From assembly GCA_000165425.1 (NCBI GenBank), contig CT868429.1, forward strand, positions 62,001 to 126,000: DNA of 64,000 bases, read 5' to 3'. The position numbers were made by a program, and so were the translations under genes. How positions within the stretch are numbered: position 1 is the first letter of the stretch; the number at the start of each line of letters is the position of its first letter. Under the pieces are notes generated by a model, which was not told the origin of the DNA, did not search any database, and was given only the letters and a program-made list of their open reading frames with translations. Shown here piece by piece: positions 41,293 through 56,276 of this stretch. The stretch comes from Paramecium tetraurelia. Its lineage: Eukaryota.

Positions 41293-44200
41293 TCAAATTA
41301 ATTAGAACAATAATAGGATGCATATTATTAATTCTAATCTAATTCCGTAACTATCAGTTGTGGTCGTTGAATCATTAGTCGAATTCGTTGAATTTGTGGT
41401 ATTATTTGTTGATGTATTTCCCCCTTTGCATGAAACACACTTGCTTGAAGTTGTACTCCAATAATATGTGTACTATGATAATGTAAAGCAATTGTCAGCA
41501 GTTAACTCTCCTGAAGGATCTCCATCAATGCACTTTTTGGATGTATCATTCCAAATACAGAAATATATATTTTTAGTCTTTCCATCAGTGCTGGTGGTTG
41601 TATATGGTTTGCATAGACCTTTGGTTGTGACCTATTGATTATTGCCATAACAATCCATATCTTTGCATTGGGATTCAGTAGTTGTTGTACCAGTAGTAGT
41701 GGCTGCAACAAAGTAGCAATTTATACTCTTACATTTGGCCTCGTTAGATGAAGCATTTGAACAATAATTCAGATCTAAACATCCGCTGGTTGAACTTGAA
41801 GTGCTTCCTACTTTCCAAACACACCCCTTCTTATCTGTGTTTATATTGGCATTACAAACACCTTCCTTTTTATAAGCAGAACACTTGTCAATAGCGATGC
41901 AAGCTTTGGCTTCGGGATCATAAGCACAATTAGCTGAATCGCAATCAGCTTAAGCAGTCACATTAGTGTAATCAGAACATACTTTATTTCTGCATGCTGA
42001 TTTATCTTTATCATAAAAGCATGGAGTGCTCTTTAATCCCAACACGCAACTTTTATCTGATGTGTAAGCACTACATTCCTAAATGGCGATGCATTTAGTA
42101 CCATCAGTAGTGCAGGTTGCTAATTATTTATTGCAGGTTTCGTGAGTAGTTCCTGTACCCTTATCACAACTCCAGAGAGTGCAAGCATTATCTGTCCATG
42201 AACATTTTCCATCTATTCCTCCAAGATCGCATATTTCCTTAGCAGTAGCATCAGAACAATTTTTTATGGCTACACAAGTTTTACCATCTGTTGTGCATGT
42301 AGTGCTATACTTTTGGCATTCAGCATGAGTTAATAATTCAACATCAGTACATTGACCAAAAGTCTTACAAGCTGTTGCTTTAGCATCATAACCACAAGCC
42401 TTATCATCTATTCCTATGCTACCAATACAACTTTTTTCTTCTTTAATAACAGTGCATGGTGTTTTATAAACACATGTATTACCTCCATTAGAATAACATT
42501 TAGTTGATAACAATTTACAAATTTCTGTCTCAGCTGCAATTTAGGTAGCAGTTTTAACTTCATTTTCTTTGGCAGGTGTTAATTGGAAATCAGTACATTT
42601 ATTATATGTAATACAAACACTATTAGTATAATCCCAAACACAAGCATTTTATGCAGAATCTTATAAGCAAACACTAGCTTATCTAAGTGCTGAACAAGGA
42701 TAATTAGTCTTGTCTTTACATCCACTCAAATTATCAAATTCACAATTAGATCCAAAGACTGCACATGCCTCCTTGCTTTTCACATTCTAAATAGTGTTGC
42801 AGGTAGCTGGAACACAGGCGGCACCATTCCAATTACAGTATACTGAAGCCTCTTTTGTGATTGAATTCTCACAATCAGTTTAAGTTTTTTAAACACTGCA
42901 AGTGGCAACCTTTTTAGAACACTTTTGAATCTTAGCACTGTAGAAACACACATTAGAATAAGTATTGCATTGTTGATCATTAGTTACTGAAGTAGCATTG
43001 GCACAATCCTTAGCTTTACATTTATCTTCAGCTTTATTGGCATCGTCAGCAGTACATTTGCCGTCTGTACCAATATACTTCTCGCATGAACTCTTAATAC
43101 CCTTATAGGTATCACAGGTTGATAACAAAGCAATACATCCTTAACCTGTTGTGAAACAACCTACTTTGTATTTGATGCAATCTACATCGGTAGATAAACT
43201 AGTTGGAGCAGTAGCACAAGTCTTAGTAGTACATTTAGTAGAATCAGTTGGGCTTGTTGTACAAGATAAAGTAGAATCTTTTGGAATTATATTATCGCAA
43301 TTAGATGTGTAACTTTCACAAGTCTTCAATTCTTTTATACAAGCAACTCCATCGAATTTGCAAGTTGTATTTCCAGCTGGGCAAGATGTAGCAGAAGGTG
43401 ATGCAATCTTATCACAAGTGACTACTGTACATTTTGTAGATCCCTCAGTAGCATCATCCATACATGAACCATCAGATCCTTTGAGTGATGAACATCCGTC
43501 ATCTTTGGAATATGAATTGCAAGTATTTAAATTGTCTACACATTTAAGACCAGTTGTTCTACAATTAACTGCAGGTGCTAAATCGTGACTTGAATATTTT
43601 TTGCAATCTTCATCGGTTGTGAATGTTTATGTATTGCAAGAATTTAACTCGCAGGTTGTTGTCGATCCAGTCTTTGCTTTACATTTTCCTTCCTTGCTGA
43701 TATATTAGTCACAGCTAGTACTATCTGATATTTTTGTAGTAGCACAGGTTTCTGACAAACTTTTGACACAAAAAACTCCATTGGTGACACAGGTAGGTGA
43801 ATCAGTTCCAGCAAATTTGCCACACTCTTCATTTGTTGTTTTAGATTAATCTTCACATGCATCAAGAACACATTTAGTATCAGTGCCTGATTTACACTTT
43901 CCTTCTTTAGTGAATACACTATCACAATTTGCAGATAAATCTTGACATTTAGCGGCTAAGACTGAAACACAATTAACTCCATTTGTAACACAAGAAGTAT
44001 TTTTTGCCTTGCAAGCATCATCTGTAACTTCTGAAAGATCTTCGCAAATTGGATCCCTACAAGTGGGAGTTTCACCTGTTGTCAATACACAAGTTCCTTT
44101 GTTTCCTTTCAATTATGTACAATCTGTAGTTTTATAAGTTGAACAAGAAGGTAAAGTCTTAACACAAGTCAAATTGTTGGTTATACATCCTTTTAAGTAT

Positions 44201-44934
44201 GCATCACAGTTAGTATCAGCCTTTGAATCTGTTGCACCTTCGCATGTCCTTGCTTAACATTTGGTTTTATCACTAGATTATTCACATGGTCCATCTGATG
44301 CAGTTATACTTAAGCACAAGTCTGCTGAGTATGATGAACATGAAGCTAATGAAGATAAACACTTCTTTTTGTCACTTACACAATTAGCATCCTACAATAC
44401 TGCTGCACAATCAGCATCTGTTGTTTTTTCATAATCTGTACATACTTTCTTTGAACATTTATTTGATGTAGTATCAAATTTACATAATTTATCTCCATTC
44501 TATTAAGTTACACTTTCACAATCAGTTTGCTTGCCTTCTCCACCATATTAACCACATACATCACTTGATGTGCATGTTTATAATTCTTTATTATAATTGC
44601 ACCTATAAGAATACTTTTGGCATTCAGCATTTGAACTACCCAAATATGATTGACAATCTCCCATCATAAGACATTTATTATCAGAAAAAGCACAACCCTA
44701 TTACTTTGCACAAGTCTTTGAATCTGTACAAAGCTTTGATACGAATCTTGATGTCGTTCCTGTTGTTGTTACATCTTTACACTTTTAAGTGGTACTATCC
44801 CATTCACATTTAGGGTTCATAAGGCAATCCTTTAGTACCTAAACTGTTTAGCATGTGCAAGTGCTTGTTGAAATTACATTTAGACTGTTCACCTACAACG
44901 AAAGCAATGCTATTGAGATCAAGAGGAATTTCAT
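41293..44934 (-). CDS. Cys-rich, predicted GPI-anchored surface antigen-like protein (1213 aa, intronless)
   Basis: Signal MKFLLISIALLSL; periodic Cys units (CTTDGKTC, CVTNGVNC, CFTTGQGC). All Cys-rich ORF-track fragments share one frame. Thr/Asn spacer and hydrophobic tail SYGIRLELIICILLLFQLI. Confidence 0.9.
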
Positions 44935-45278
44935 GATTTAAATTAATATATGAAATATTTTTGAATTAATTCTCCTTTTATAGCAATATTTTTTAAGATC
45001 TGAAAACAGTTAGTCATTTTTACTCTCTCTCTTTTAAATTTAAGCTATCTGGAAAATTATCACACAAATACTTATTACTGACAAGTACACTAAATTTAAA
45101 TTTAATTTTTAGATATTTTAATTGAATTTATTTATCCAAGACGTATTATCCAAATGCATTGAGAACTTTTCTAGAAGCAACTTCTCATTCAAATTTTCCT
45201 AAGTGTTTACTCCAAATGAAAATCAGTTAAGACTAAATAGAAAAACCAAAAAATTAATTATTAAATTATGCTTAAAAT

Positions 45279-46765
45279 TCAATTTGTTGAATCATTACTT
45301 GTATCGTGATGATTATTAAAATTTAAAGTTCTCTTTTATCTACTCCCTCTTCGAAACATCAAATGAGTTACTGGAGGTTCAAAATAATCACTATTTAAAT
45401 TAGGCTTTTCCTAAGGACTCTTTGATATTATATTGAATTATTTTCTAACTGGAATAACTTAAACTTCCTTTGAAGCTTTGGGAGATCTTTATGATTATTT
45501 TGATCTAATTCTAAACTAAGTCTAATTTGGATTAAGTGCTCCTAAAAATTATATCGAAATATTTCTATTAGACTTTTAACCTTCCTAATCGAAAAATGGA
45601 TGTGCTAATAACTATTGACATGTTCGAAACTTAGACCCTTGATTAAAAATTAAATTCAAAAAATCAAAACATGAGTCTGATAAAGGAGGATCAATAAATT
45701 AAAAATCTCTCGTTCCTTTAAATTTATTCATCATAGCTTCATCAAGAGCCTAATCAAAATTTTGTTGATTTCCTGTCAATAAATTATGCATCACAATTCC
45801 CAAAGCAAGGACATCAAGTTTGATATAATATTATTTCTGCCTCTCTATATTTACTTACGAATATTGATAATCATCTTGTTCAGGATTCGAGTACTGTTCT
45901 GCTTGAGTGAACCCTATCAAGCACGGATTAGATAAATCGTGTTTTGACTTAAGCATAATGTTAGAGGTACAAATTTATTTATGGTAAATGTTGAGATCGT
46001 GGAGATACTAGACTGCTTAAAACAAAGGCTTTATGACAATCAAAACTTACTCTTCCTTAAGTGGTTCTGAATTTTAGTAAAATTGTGATAGCTGCTGCCC
46101 TTTTAAGTAATCCTCTATCAAGTAAATGTGATTATTGCTTTCAAAAACTTCATAAAAATGTAGTAGATTTGGATGTTCAAGTTATCGAATAATTTTCAAC
46201 TCTTTTAGAAATTTCTTAGATTCATAATTATTAGTCAACAATCTTTTTTTATCATATATTTTAACAGCAAATTCCTGTCTGCTTGATTTATCCCTTGCTT
46301 TATAAACCTATCATTTTATTTAAAATAAGATATACTATTGTTGAGTATCCCTCTCCTATTTTGCTAAACAGTTAATACTTTTAACCAAATTCTAATTATA
46401 TCGTGTATTTCATCATTGTACCTATCCATTCATCCAATTAACCAAACATCTCAAAACTTACACCATTTTTACTAAGCTTCACTCCAAGCAATCCTGTTTT
46501 TGGATGAACTATTTTCTACATACACACATTTGTCAAATTTATATATTTCTAATTAAGTTTAGAATTTCATTACATCCTCTCCTAATTTAATAAAATTTTG
46601 GCAGATAGACAACTATTTGATTATTAACCTGCTTTGATTGCTAATTTAAAATTCGCTTGAATATTAGGCTATAAATTAATCAGGACCAAATTTTTGGAAT
46701 AAAGGAGTATGATTATTGAAAAAGGAATCAACTGAACAAATTTACAATAGTTGGGGCTTTATCAT
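45279..46765 (-). CDS. PH-like + CaMK-like pseudokinase
   Basis: IGEGYSTI|VY, FAVK, HKQICTSN in place of HRDxKxxN, GFT in place of DFG. Confidence 0.78.
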
Positions 46766-47201
46766 AAAATATTAATTTGTTATAAAATAAATCAATTGAT
46801 TGTCTATTATTTTTCGTTTCTAACCCTCTATGACATTTTATCAAAACAGTAATAAACTCATTGTTGTTACACTTAAATACTCGTTCAGAATATTCCATAT
46901 TAAAATTTTGATTTAACAATTATCTGAATCGATTCCAAAAATATATAATAAAATTGAAATTAGAATGTTCAATATATAATTATTGTTAATTTATATCATT
47001 TACGATTTCTATAATTCCTTTTACTAGAAAATCTATACACTAATCATTAATAACATAGTGATTGAACGTTGTAGTTAGATCATTCAAGTTAAGTGATAAA
47101 TTTTTAATAAAATATTGTAACAAAATAGTTTAATTGTAATTTAAGATTGACAAAAATGTTTGGAATAAATCATAGTAACAATTGGAGTAAAACTCTGTCA
47201 T

Positions 47202-48698
47202 TCAGAACTTTTATTTTACTTTTGGCATGAGATTCATTCTTGGCAATTGATATAAATTACTTTATCTTCTTTCTGATGATTGTGATGGAGGTTTAGCAAT
47301 TGTTTCCAATTTGTGTAATATTGATATTTTAAGAGGTGTAACATTTGGTTTTCTATTTGACAAACTCCTTGAATTACTCTATCTATTTTCAAGATACGGG
47401 AGAGTATGAACTCTTGATCTTATATCTAATGAGTCATCATCTAGATGCTTTAAACTCGTCCTTTGATTCTTCTCGTTTATAGTCTAATATTTAAGAATAA
47501 AATTTTTAGGTTCCAGCTATTTTTTAAATATATCATTTTTTAAGACTTCAAGAGGGGTATTATTATCGCTTAATTATGTTTCAAAATCAGTAAGTATTAA
47601 TTATTAGAGCAAGACTTCCAATTCTTAATTTATCTGCTTAAAATTTAGTATGGTTTTAATCTCATCCATAGAATTTGGTAAATTGAATTGATGGAATTGA
47701 TATCCAGTTAATAATCTAATCAAAATAATTCCCAATTATTATAAATCAGAAATGTATGTTTTATCATTCTTCAAAGAAGTCCTTTAACTAACCATTTTTT
47801 TACTATTGTTTCTGGCAACATTCATCAGCATCACTTTAGAATAATGAATTAAACATAAAGAGTTCAAATCCTATTAAGACTTAAATGCTATTGACTTTAA
47901 GCCTACTTCCCCATGAATATAGCCTTTCTTATGCAATTCTTCTAAACCATTTAAAGTTTATTTAACAATAAATATAATTTGTTCTTAGTTAAAATTCATT
48001 TAAGATATTTTGCACTCTAAGGTGCCTCCTTCAATTAGATCTTATATTACGTAAAGATGATTTGAACTTTCGAAGATCTCATATAATTTAATTAAATTTT
48101 AATGATCTACTTATCTCAACAGTGTAACTTATTTTTTAACCAAATCAAGGAGATAATTAGAGCTATGTAGTTTGGCTTTATCATATATTCTGACTGCATA
48201 TTAAAATCCTGTTATTTTGTTTTTAATCTTGAATACCTTTCAAATTGATGAAATTGTATTACTTGAAATAAGCTCCCCTCTCCTATTTTCTTGATTATTT
48301 TATATTTTTATTGTAAATTGAATTGTATAGTTTATTTTTTAAGCATCTCAACCCAATTCTACACTTCCCCATAGACATCCAGTTTTTCGCCATTCTTGCT
48401 TAATCTAAATCCCGTAGATGAAGTTCGAGGATGGTAAACAATTTCGAGAAACATATTTCTGATATCAAGAAATTTCTATTCGTAATATATATATATTTAT
48501 TACTTCTTCACCATATTTTATATAATGTCCCCCAAGCATCAATGTTTTCAAAATTAATCTGTTTCTGTTAACTACCTAAAGTGCGTCCTATAACTAGAAT
48601 TATAACATTGCTTGTGGTCTTTGAATCCAAAACTCTGAGGAATCATCCAAAATAGATTATGTCAAAATGATGGTTTTATTATTCTGAGATTTAATCAT
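47202..48698 (-). CDS. PH-like + CaMK-like pseudokinase
   Basis: IGEGSLFQ|VF, YAVR (beta3 Lys to Arg), HGEVGLKS in place of HRD, HYS in place of DFG. Same intron positions as its neighbour. Confidence 0.78.
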
Positions 48699-49609
48699 TT
48701 AAATAATATCAGTGAGAGATAAATATTATCAATAAACTATAAACTGGAAGTTCCATTTAACAATCCTTTTATTTTGAATTCAGTTCTAGTCAATTATATA
48801 GGTGAATAATTAATTCGAATACCCTAATCTGCTCCCAAAAACTGTTAATTGAATTCAATACTCTGTTCAATAAATTCTTTTGTCCTTCTAATTAAATTGA
48901 TTACTTATAACCAATAGGACTAGCAATCTCCATTATACTCAGTTATAACAGATTTAATTTGAACAAATTCTTAAAAGTAGCCTAGAGTTTAAATTTATAG
49001 TTGTGTTAATTTCTAGTTAAAAATTGTTAAATAAATCGATAAAATATTTTAGTTATTAGAAGTAAATAAAACATATAATAAGTTCAAGAATTACAAATTA
49101 CGACTTATCATCAATTTTATGAAGGTGTTCTAATTCAATTCAATTTATATCAATGTCTGTTACTAATTTATATAATTAATACACTTAATTGTTGAACAAA
49201 CCTGTTGATATTTATTGAACTAAGTTGTATCTATATATATCTAGCTCAATTGTATATTCATACTCCTTAAAATAAAGAAATTTCAGATAAAAGTAAATTT
49301 ATAGGCAACTGCTTATTTCTTTAAAATATTATTTTGATGCTATTACTCTATTTGTCATTATCCATTAATTTATTGTGTATTTTATGGATCAGATGATAAA
49401 TTTAGGTAAAATAAAATTTAATTATTATGTCACTTATTTTGGGTTAAAATGTATTTGAATAGGTTGATACGAAAAGTAGAGAGTGTTCTTAGGTGTTAGA
49501 AAATAAAAAATCAGATAATTTATGATTTATAATTATAAATAAAAAGCCTCACATAGAAGAAATACATTTTAAATCTTTTATTAAAAATATATTTTAAAAA
49601 AAAAATATT

Positions 49610-50027
49610 ATGGCTGACTTGAAAGAAAAGAAAGTAGAGGATGAATAACAAACTAAAAAAATTAGAATGATCGTTACATCCAGAAGCGCTTAAGATTTAG
49701 AAAATTTCACTACTTAAGTCATTGAAAAGGCTAGAGGAATTTAAGTAATGAATAAATTTCAACATTAAGAGAGATTAAGGATAACAAGTTGTATTCAAAG
49801 GACCAGTCAGAATGCCAACAAAACACCTTAAAATGACTGTCAGAAAGAGTCCATGTGGTGAAGGTTCAAAGACTTGGGATAGATTTGAAATGAGAGTAAT
49901 ACAATTATATAAGGATTAGATTCACAAAAGAGTAATTGATTTCTAATGCACATTGCCAACTTTCAAAGATATAACCAACTTCAAGATTGGCCCAGGAATT
50001 AATGTTGAATTAAACGTAGAATAATGA
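49610..50027 (+). CDS. RPS20: 40S ribosomal protein S20 (uS10)
   Basis: [34 protein letters not shown]. Introns at about 49745-49769 and 49896-49919. Confidence 0.97.
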
Positions 50028-51802
50028 TTTGTGACATTATAAGAAATAATACATTAAACATAAATACATTAATTTATATCTCATGACACTCAAAGAACTT
50101 TATTAATAAAACCATTAGAATTTAATAAATATTTTTTTATTGCAAAATTTGGTTTATTCACAATAGAAAAGTATAAGGAACAAAAATCTTCAAGTATCGG
50201 GAAGTATTTAAAAGTATAACTATTATCAATAATCTTAATCATCGAGTTTGATTATTGGATGATATTTATTTATGTGGTTTAAGATATATATTTGATTCAC
50301 AATAATTATTTTGATTTATTAAATTTGTAAAAAGAATAAATATAATAATTGGATAATAATGAGTTAAATCATATTATTTAATATGATTTGCTTATATCAA
50401 TTGTCTCATAATTGCTTTTTCAAGAATATTTGTTGAACTTCAAATTTTGGCATGATGAGAACATATAAAGTACTATTTTTTTAATTCATTGGAGAAATTC
50501 TCCTTCAACATCATTAGCTCATATTGTAAAGTATTTTAAAATTCATCTTACTTTAAAATCGTAAAATTTGCAAAGAGAGAATTTTAATGTTAGCATAATA
50601 TTACAACAATTTTTATCAAAGTACCTAATTATATTAAGAATTCATTTCAGTTAATCCTAATAGTTAAAATGATATTACTCCTGTGGGTCTGAAATGACAA
50701 TATTCATTCTGTAATTAAAATAAAGAACATTACATAATTATTATATTTTTATTATATTTAGGAATATTCGATGTTTATTATCTACAGATTTGAATAATGA
50801 TGATATAATAAATCAATATCCTCAGTATTTGTGATGATTATAGTAATTATTGTTCCTTTAATGTGAATAATAGTTCTATTTTATTTTTATAATTTATCTA
50901 TCAATCAAATTATTTGAAAGACCCCAAAATCTTTTACTAATAGTTTATTTTTAATTGTTACAATAAGATTCATATTTCAATACAGAATTTAATAATAGAT
51001 AGCAGTTTAACTGAAAAAAAACTATTTATTTCGAATATTAGCTTTTAATCAATAAAATTTCAATAATTTATAACATATAATCAAATAAAGGATGAATTAA
51101 AGAGTTATTTAAATTCCATAGTGAGTTATTAATAATAGATCTAGATTTTGAGATATAATAATAGGAACACAATTAAATTGGAATTTGAAAAATCTGCCCT
51201 TCCAAATATTTAATCCGTCTATAGTATTTATGTTACAACAAGTTACAAATTAATTGAATAATAAATATTTTTGATAGTAACAGATTTGATTGATAAACTT
51301 CAATTTGAAAGAAATACATAATTCATTTATCAACGTATTATTGTATTTACAACAACCAGATTAAGATGAAATTAAGGATGCAATTTTCTAAAATTGTAAG
51401 AGGATTAAAAATCATGAAAGCGACTCATTCTCCAACTTGTAAGATTATTTGTAAATAATAAGTGTAATATAAGAAGAAACTATTATGATTTATTGAATTA
51501 AATATAAAATAAATTTCAATATTAAATTTATTATAATTAATAATAATATGCAGAATATAAATTATCAATTCATTTTTCGTATAATTTAATTAAAGACGAA
51601 TCATTCTACAATTTTTAATTGAGACTAGATGACTTAGAACCCTGCCAATTATTCCAGTTTCATGAACATTTTTGTAAAATGATATCATTTATTTTATGGA
51701 CTTTTATAATGATTTTTTATAAAAATATATGTTATTAGAAATGACATAATAAATATAAGCTTGTTGCTATACACATATAACATATAGAGAGTAATTAAAA
51801 TT

Positions 51803-52276
51803 TCATTTCTTCTCCTCTGGATTTTTTACATCTTCTTGAATCTGTTCTTCTTGAACTAGTTTAAATCTAAATTGATGACATATTTTACTTTTTATATTGG
51901 ACATCCTTAATGTCTTTCATTGAAAGAAATATCTTTTTTTTTTGGTTTTTTACAGATGTATTATTGGCATTTGACTTTGTTTCTTTAGTTTTTTTGATAA
52001 GTTTTTTTATTTTGTTACTTTTAGAAAGTTCAAATGAGCTTTAGTCATCAATGGTTTCATCATTCTTTACGGTATTTTGATCAATAGTATGACATTCCTA
52101 AGGAGATTTTGGCTAAATTTAGGGACTTAATGATTGTGACATGGAATAAGCATTTCTAAGCAAGTTAATTAAACTATTTACCTTAAAGCGAACATGGTAT
52201 TATATTGGACTAATTGTTGAAACAAGAGCTATTATTGAAGAAGGAAGTTAGGATCGTAAAACAAGAATGAATTCAT
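51803..52276 (-). CDS. Hypothetical small Lys/Ser-rich protein
   Basis: MNSFLFYDPNFLL..; ends EEKK-TGA after a 22-nt intron. Confidence 0.5.
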
Positions 52277-53012
52277 TATTTGCAAAAGAATATTTAAATC
52301 TGAAGATTCGAGGCATTATACTTATATTGCAGAAAATACGTATTATTAAATAAATAATGATGTTACAATCTGGTGTGCACAAAATAAATTATATTAAATA
52401 AGTGTGATTTGATTAAATAATTACAAATCATTCCATATTACTCTATATTCTAATTGAATTATTTTATAAGAAATATTTAAATCGTAATTTATTATAAGAT
52501 CTGAATTATGACACTATTAATTTAAACATAATCAAGATCTATTATAATGATAACAATGTTGATTATCTGAAGGTTCTGCTTATAGATTTATTCAATATAA
52601 TTGTTTCCAAGAAATTTTGAATGAATATGTTAAATTATTTATCAATGATACACTATTCTGAAATAGTTTTCCATCAAAGTTATAGAAATACTAAGACTTA
52701 GATTCTAATCCTGAATCTAATTCTAACCAGAATTCGATCCAAATGTTTAAATAATAATTTTACTAAATGATGTAAGAGAAGGAAAGAAAAATGAATAATA
52801 TTATAAATAATTGTGATTTCACTGGTTTATTGGATTAGAATAGAAAACATGTAAATAAGGACTTGATTTGATTGATTATACAATATATATGCAATGGAGA
52901 TTGAAAGAGTTTTAAAGTCTAGTTTATGATAATAATTTTTTGTGTCTATTTTGAATAGGACGTCAATCTATGAGGATATTTATGCCAGAGATTGGTAAAG
53001 GTATCAGTCATA

Positions 53013-53093
53013 GACAACGTGGCCGAGTGGTTAAGGCGGCAGACTAGAAATCTGTTGGGGTTCCCCGCGTCAGTTCGAATCTGGCCGTTGTCG
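53013..53093 (+). tRNA. tRNA-Ser(AGA)
   Basis: Acceptor GACAACG/CGTTGTC, G73, anticodon arm GCAGA-CT-AGA-AA-TCTGT, long variable arm GGGG-TT-CCCC, GTTCGAATC, oligo-T downstream. Confidence 0.95.
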
Positions 53094-53193
53094 AATTTTT
53101 TGTTAAATTTAAATCATAAATTTTTATGTCTAATTAAATCAAATTAGGTTTTAGGAAATAGCGTATTAAGCACAATTATTATTAAATAAAAAT

Positions 53194-56100
53194 ATGTTAA
53201 GGTTTATTGGAAAGAATCTGAATCGCTATAATTTTTCAGAATTACAAAAATTTGGAAACTCCTTCCTTGGTGCTTAGAATGCAGAATTTTTAGACAATTT
53301 GTTAGATAAATGGTCTCAAGATCCCAATTCTGTACCAGCTACTTGGGATGCATATTTTAGATAAGTGTGTGAATCTAACAAATTCGATTTTACACCTGAG
53401 CCTTAAAAGGGTTAGACAATTTCATTTTAAGCAGATGTATTGTTGCATATAATTTCTAAGCAAGTGTCAGGTGTCAGAAAATTGTTATCAGATCATTTTA
53501 GAGTGAGATTATTAATCAACAAATACAGACACAGAGGTCATGAAAAATCAATGGTTGATCCACTAGATTTGGAACACATCTAGCAAATAGGAAAAGTTAA
53601 AGGGTATACAAAATTGGATTATCGTGAATATTTTGCAGAAGAAGATTTAGACAGAGAGTTTTATATTCATGATGAAGTAAGCTCAGGAATATCCAAAGAA
53701 AAATAATGTAATGATTTGATTAATTACGTAGTAATGAAATTGAGAGATTTAATTAATTATTTAGAAAAGGCATATTGCGGTAAAATATCTTATGAATATA
53801 TGCATATTTAATCAACAGAGGAGAGGAATTGGATTAGAGAACAGATTGAGAAGTTCGAAGAGTTTCTCCCTTCAAAAGAGCAAAAACTGAAAACTTTTGA
53901 AAGGTAAAACATTGTATAATTTGGATTAGACTTGGATAGGAACATGCATTTAGTACATTTTTGCAGAAGAAATTTAATACTTCAAAGAGATTTGGAATTG
54001 AAGGCTGTGACTCTATGATTTCAGGATTGCAATCTATGGTTGATAGTGCTGCCTCAGCTGGAGTAGAATATATAGTATTTGGAATGGCTCACAGAGGAAG
54101 ATTGAATACATTATATAATGTGTTTTAGAAATCACCTGAAGAAATTATGGTTGAATTTTAAGATTTAAAAGGAATATATAATGAAGACATATGGGGTAAT
54201 TCTGGAGATGTAAAATATCATTTGGGAAGTGTACACAATGTTAAATTTGGAGAAAAAAAACTAAGATTAGAAATGCTACCAAATCCTTCTCATTTAGAAA
54301 CTGTTGATCCCTGTGTTTATGGCAAAGTCAGAGCTATTTAAGATTATCATAAGGATAGAAATGGAGACAAGGCATTTGGAGTATTGATTCATGGAGATGC
54401 TGCAGTTGCTGGTTAGGGCATTGTTTTTGAGTCATTACAAATGGCAGACTTAGAAGGATATAAATCAGGTGGCATAATTCATGTAGTGTCCAATAACCAA
54501 ATTGGATTCACTACAGTGCCCAAAGACAGTAGATCAGGTTTATATTGCACAGATATTGCTCATGCTATCTAGGCACCTGTCATCCATGTCAATGCTGATG
54601 AGCCTGAATTAGTAGATAAAGTATTTTAAGTTGCAACACAATATAGAACTAAATTCAAAAGAGATATCTTCATCGATTTGGTTGGTTATAGAAGATATGG
54701 ACATAATGAATAAGATTAACCCAAGTTTACTTAACCAATCATGTACGATAAGATTGAGAAAACTCCACCTGTTTTTGTCAAATTCTCAGAAAAATTAATT
54801 GCTTAAGGGATTGTCACAAAAGCTGAAGTAGATCAATTGATGAAAACACATGAAGATAATCTAGAAGTAGCATATCAAAAATCAAGGAAAATGGACTATA
54901 ATTTGAAAGATTGGCAACCTGTTCCTTGGGAAATGATAAAAGTTCCAACACTTTGGGGTAGAATAAAAGATACTGGAGTTCCAATTAATATTTTGAAATA
55001 AATTGGAGATAAAATAAATACAATTCCATCTGATTTTAATGCTCATCCATAAATACGTAAGTTTTATGAGGAGAGACTAAATTCAATATAGAAAGATCAA
55101 GGTGTTGATTTTGCTACTGCTGAGGCTCTGGCATTTGGAACACTGCTTCATGAAGGATTTAATGTTAGATTATCTGGTGAGGATGTTCAAAGAGCTACCT
55201 TCTCTCATAGGCATGCTGTAATTCACGATTAAAAAAATCCTAATGGCTCCTCTTTTGTTCCTTTACATGCAGTCATACCAAAAGGTTAAGAAAACGATAG
55301 ATTAAGCATTTATAATTCTCATTTATCAGAATATGGAGTATTGGGATTTGAATATGGATACTCCATCACTAATCCAAATACATTAGTACTTTGGGAGGCT
55401 CAGTTTGGTGATTTTGCAAATGGAGCATAGATCATTATTGATAATTACATAGCAAGTGCTGAATCTAAATGGGATGTTGATAGTGGACTAGTTATGTTAT
55501 TACCAAATGGTATGGATGGATAAGGACCAGAACATAGTTCAGGAAGAGTGGAGAGATTCTTACAATTAAGTGATGATGATCCTGCTGTCTTTGAAAGAAA
55601 TCTAGGAGGTAATTAAATATAAATATGATTAAGTTCGACTTAAGAGATAGATGAGAAATTCAAATATGTAAATTGTTCAATGCTCGACACCTGCTAATTA
55701 TTTCCACTCCTTAAGAAGATAGTTGAGAAGAGATTTCAGAAAACCACTTATTGCCATGACTTCCAAAAAGCTTTTGAGACTCTAGGCTGCTAAATCTAAA
55801 TTAAATGAGTTCTCTGAATAAGCCAGATTCTCGTAAATTTATGATGATCCTTTCCCTGAATTAATTGATGAACCCAGTTAAATCCAAAGAGTCATCTTAT
55901 GTTCAGGATAAGTCTATTATGATATTCTTAAAAAAAGAGAGGAGCTAAAAGTTAAAGTAAAGTATTTTTAATTATTAAGAATACTGCTATCGTGAGAATT
56001 GAATAATTAGCACCTTTCCCATACGAATTCTTATAAACTGTAATCTAAAAGTATAAGAAAGCACATTTCGCTTGGGTCCAAGAAGAACATCAAAATTATG

Positions 56101-56276
56101 GACCTTGGACCTTTGTTAGGCCAAGAATTCAAAGTGTTATCTCAAAAACCTAAGGCTTAATTCAATAGCAGATTTAATATATTGGCAGAAAACCAAGTGG
56201 ATCACCAGCTACTGGATTCCATTAACTTCATGAAAAAGAATTCCAAGCCTTTTTAACCAAGGCCTTTGAATTTTGA
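53194..56276 (+). CDS. OGDH: 2-oxoglutarate dehydrogenase E1, mitochondrial
   Basis: Presequence [78 protein letters not shown]. Confidence 0.95.

Noticed and set aside
46728..46919. ORF-track 63-aa ORF as the start of the pseudokinase
   Set aside because: It ends in TGA; the family-like N-terminus (SVDSFFNN) is in another frame starting at ATG 46765.
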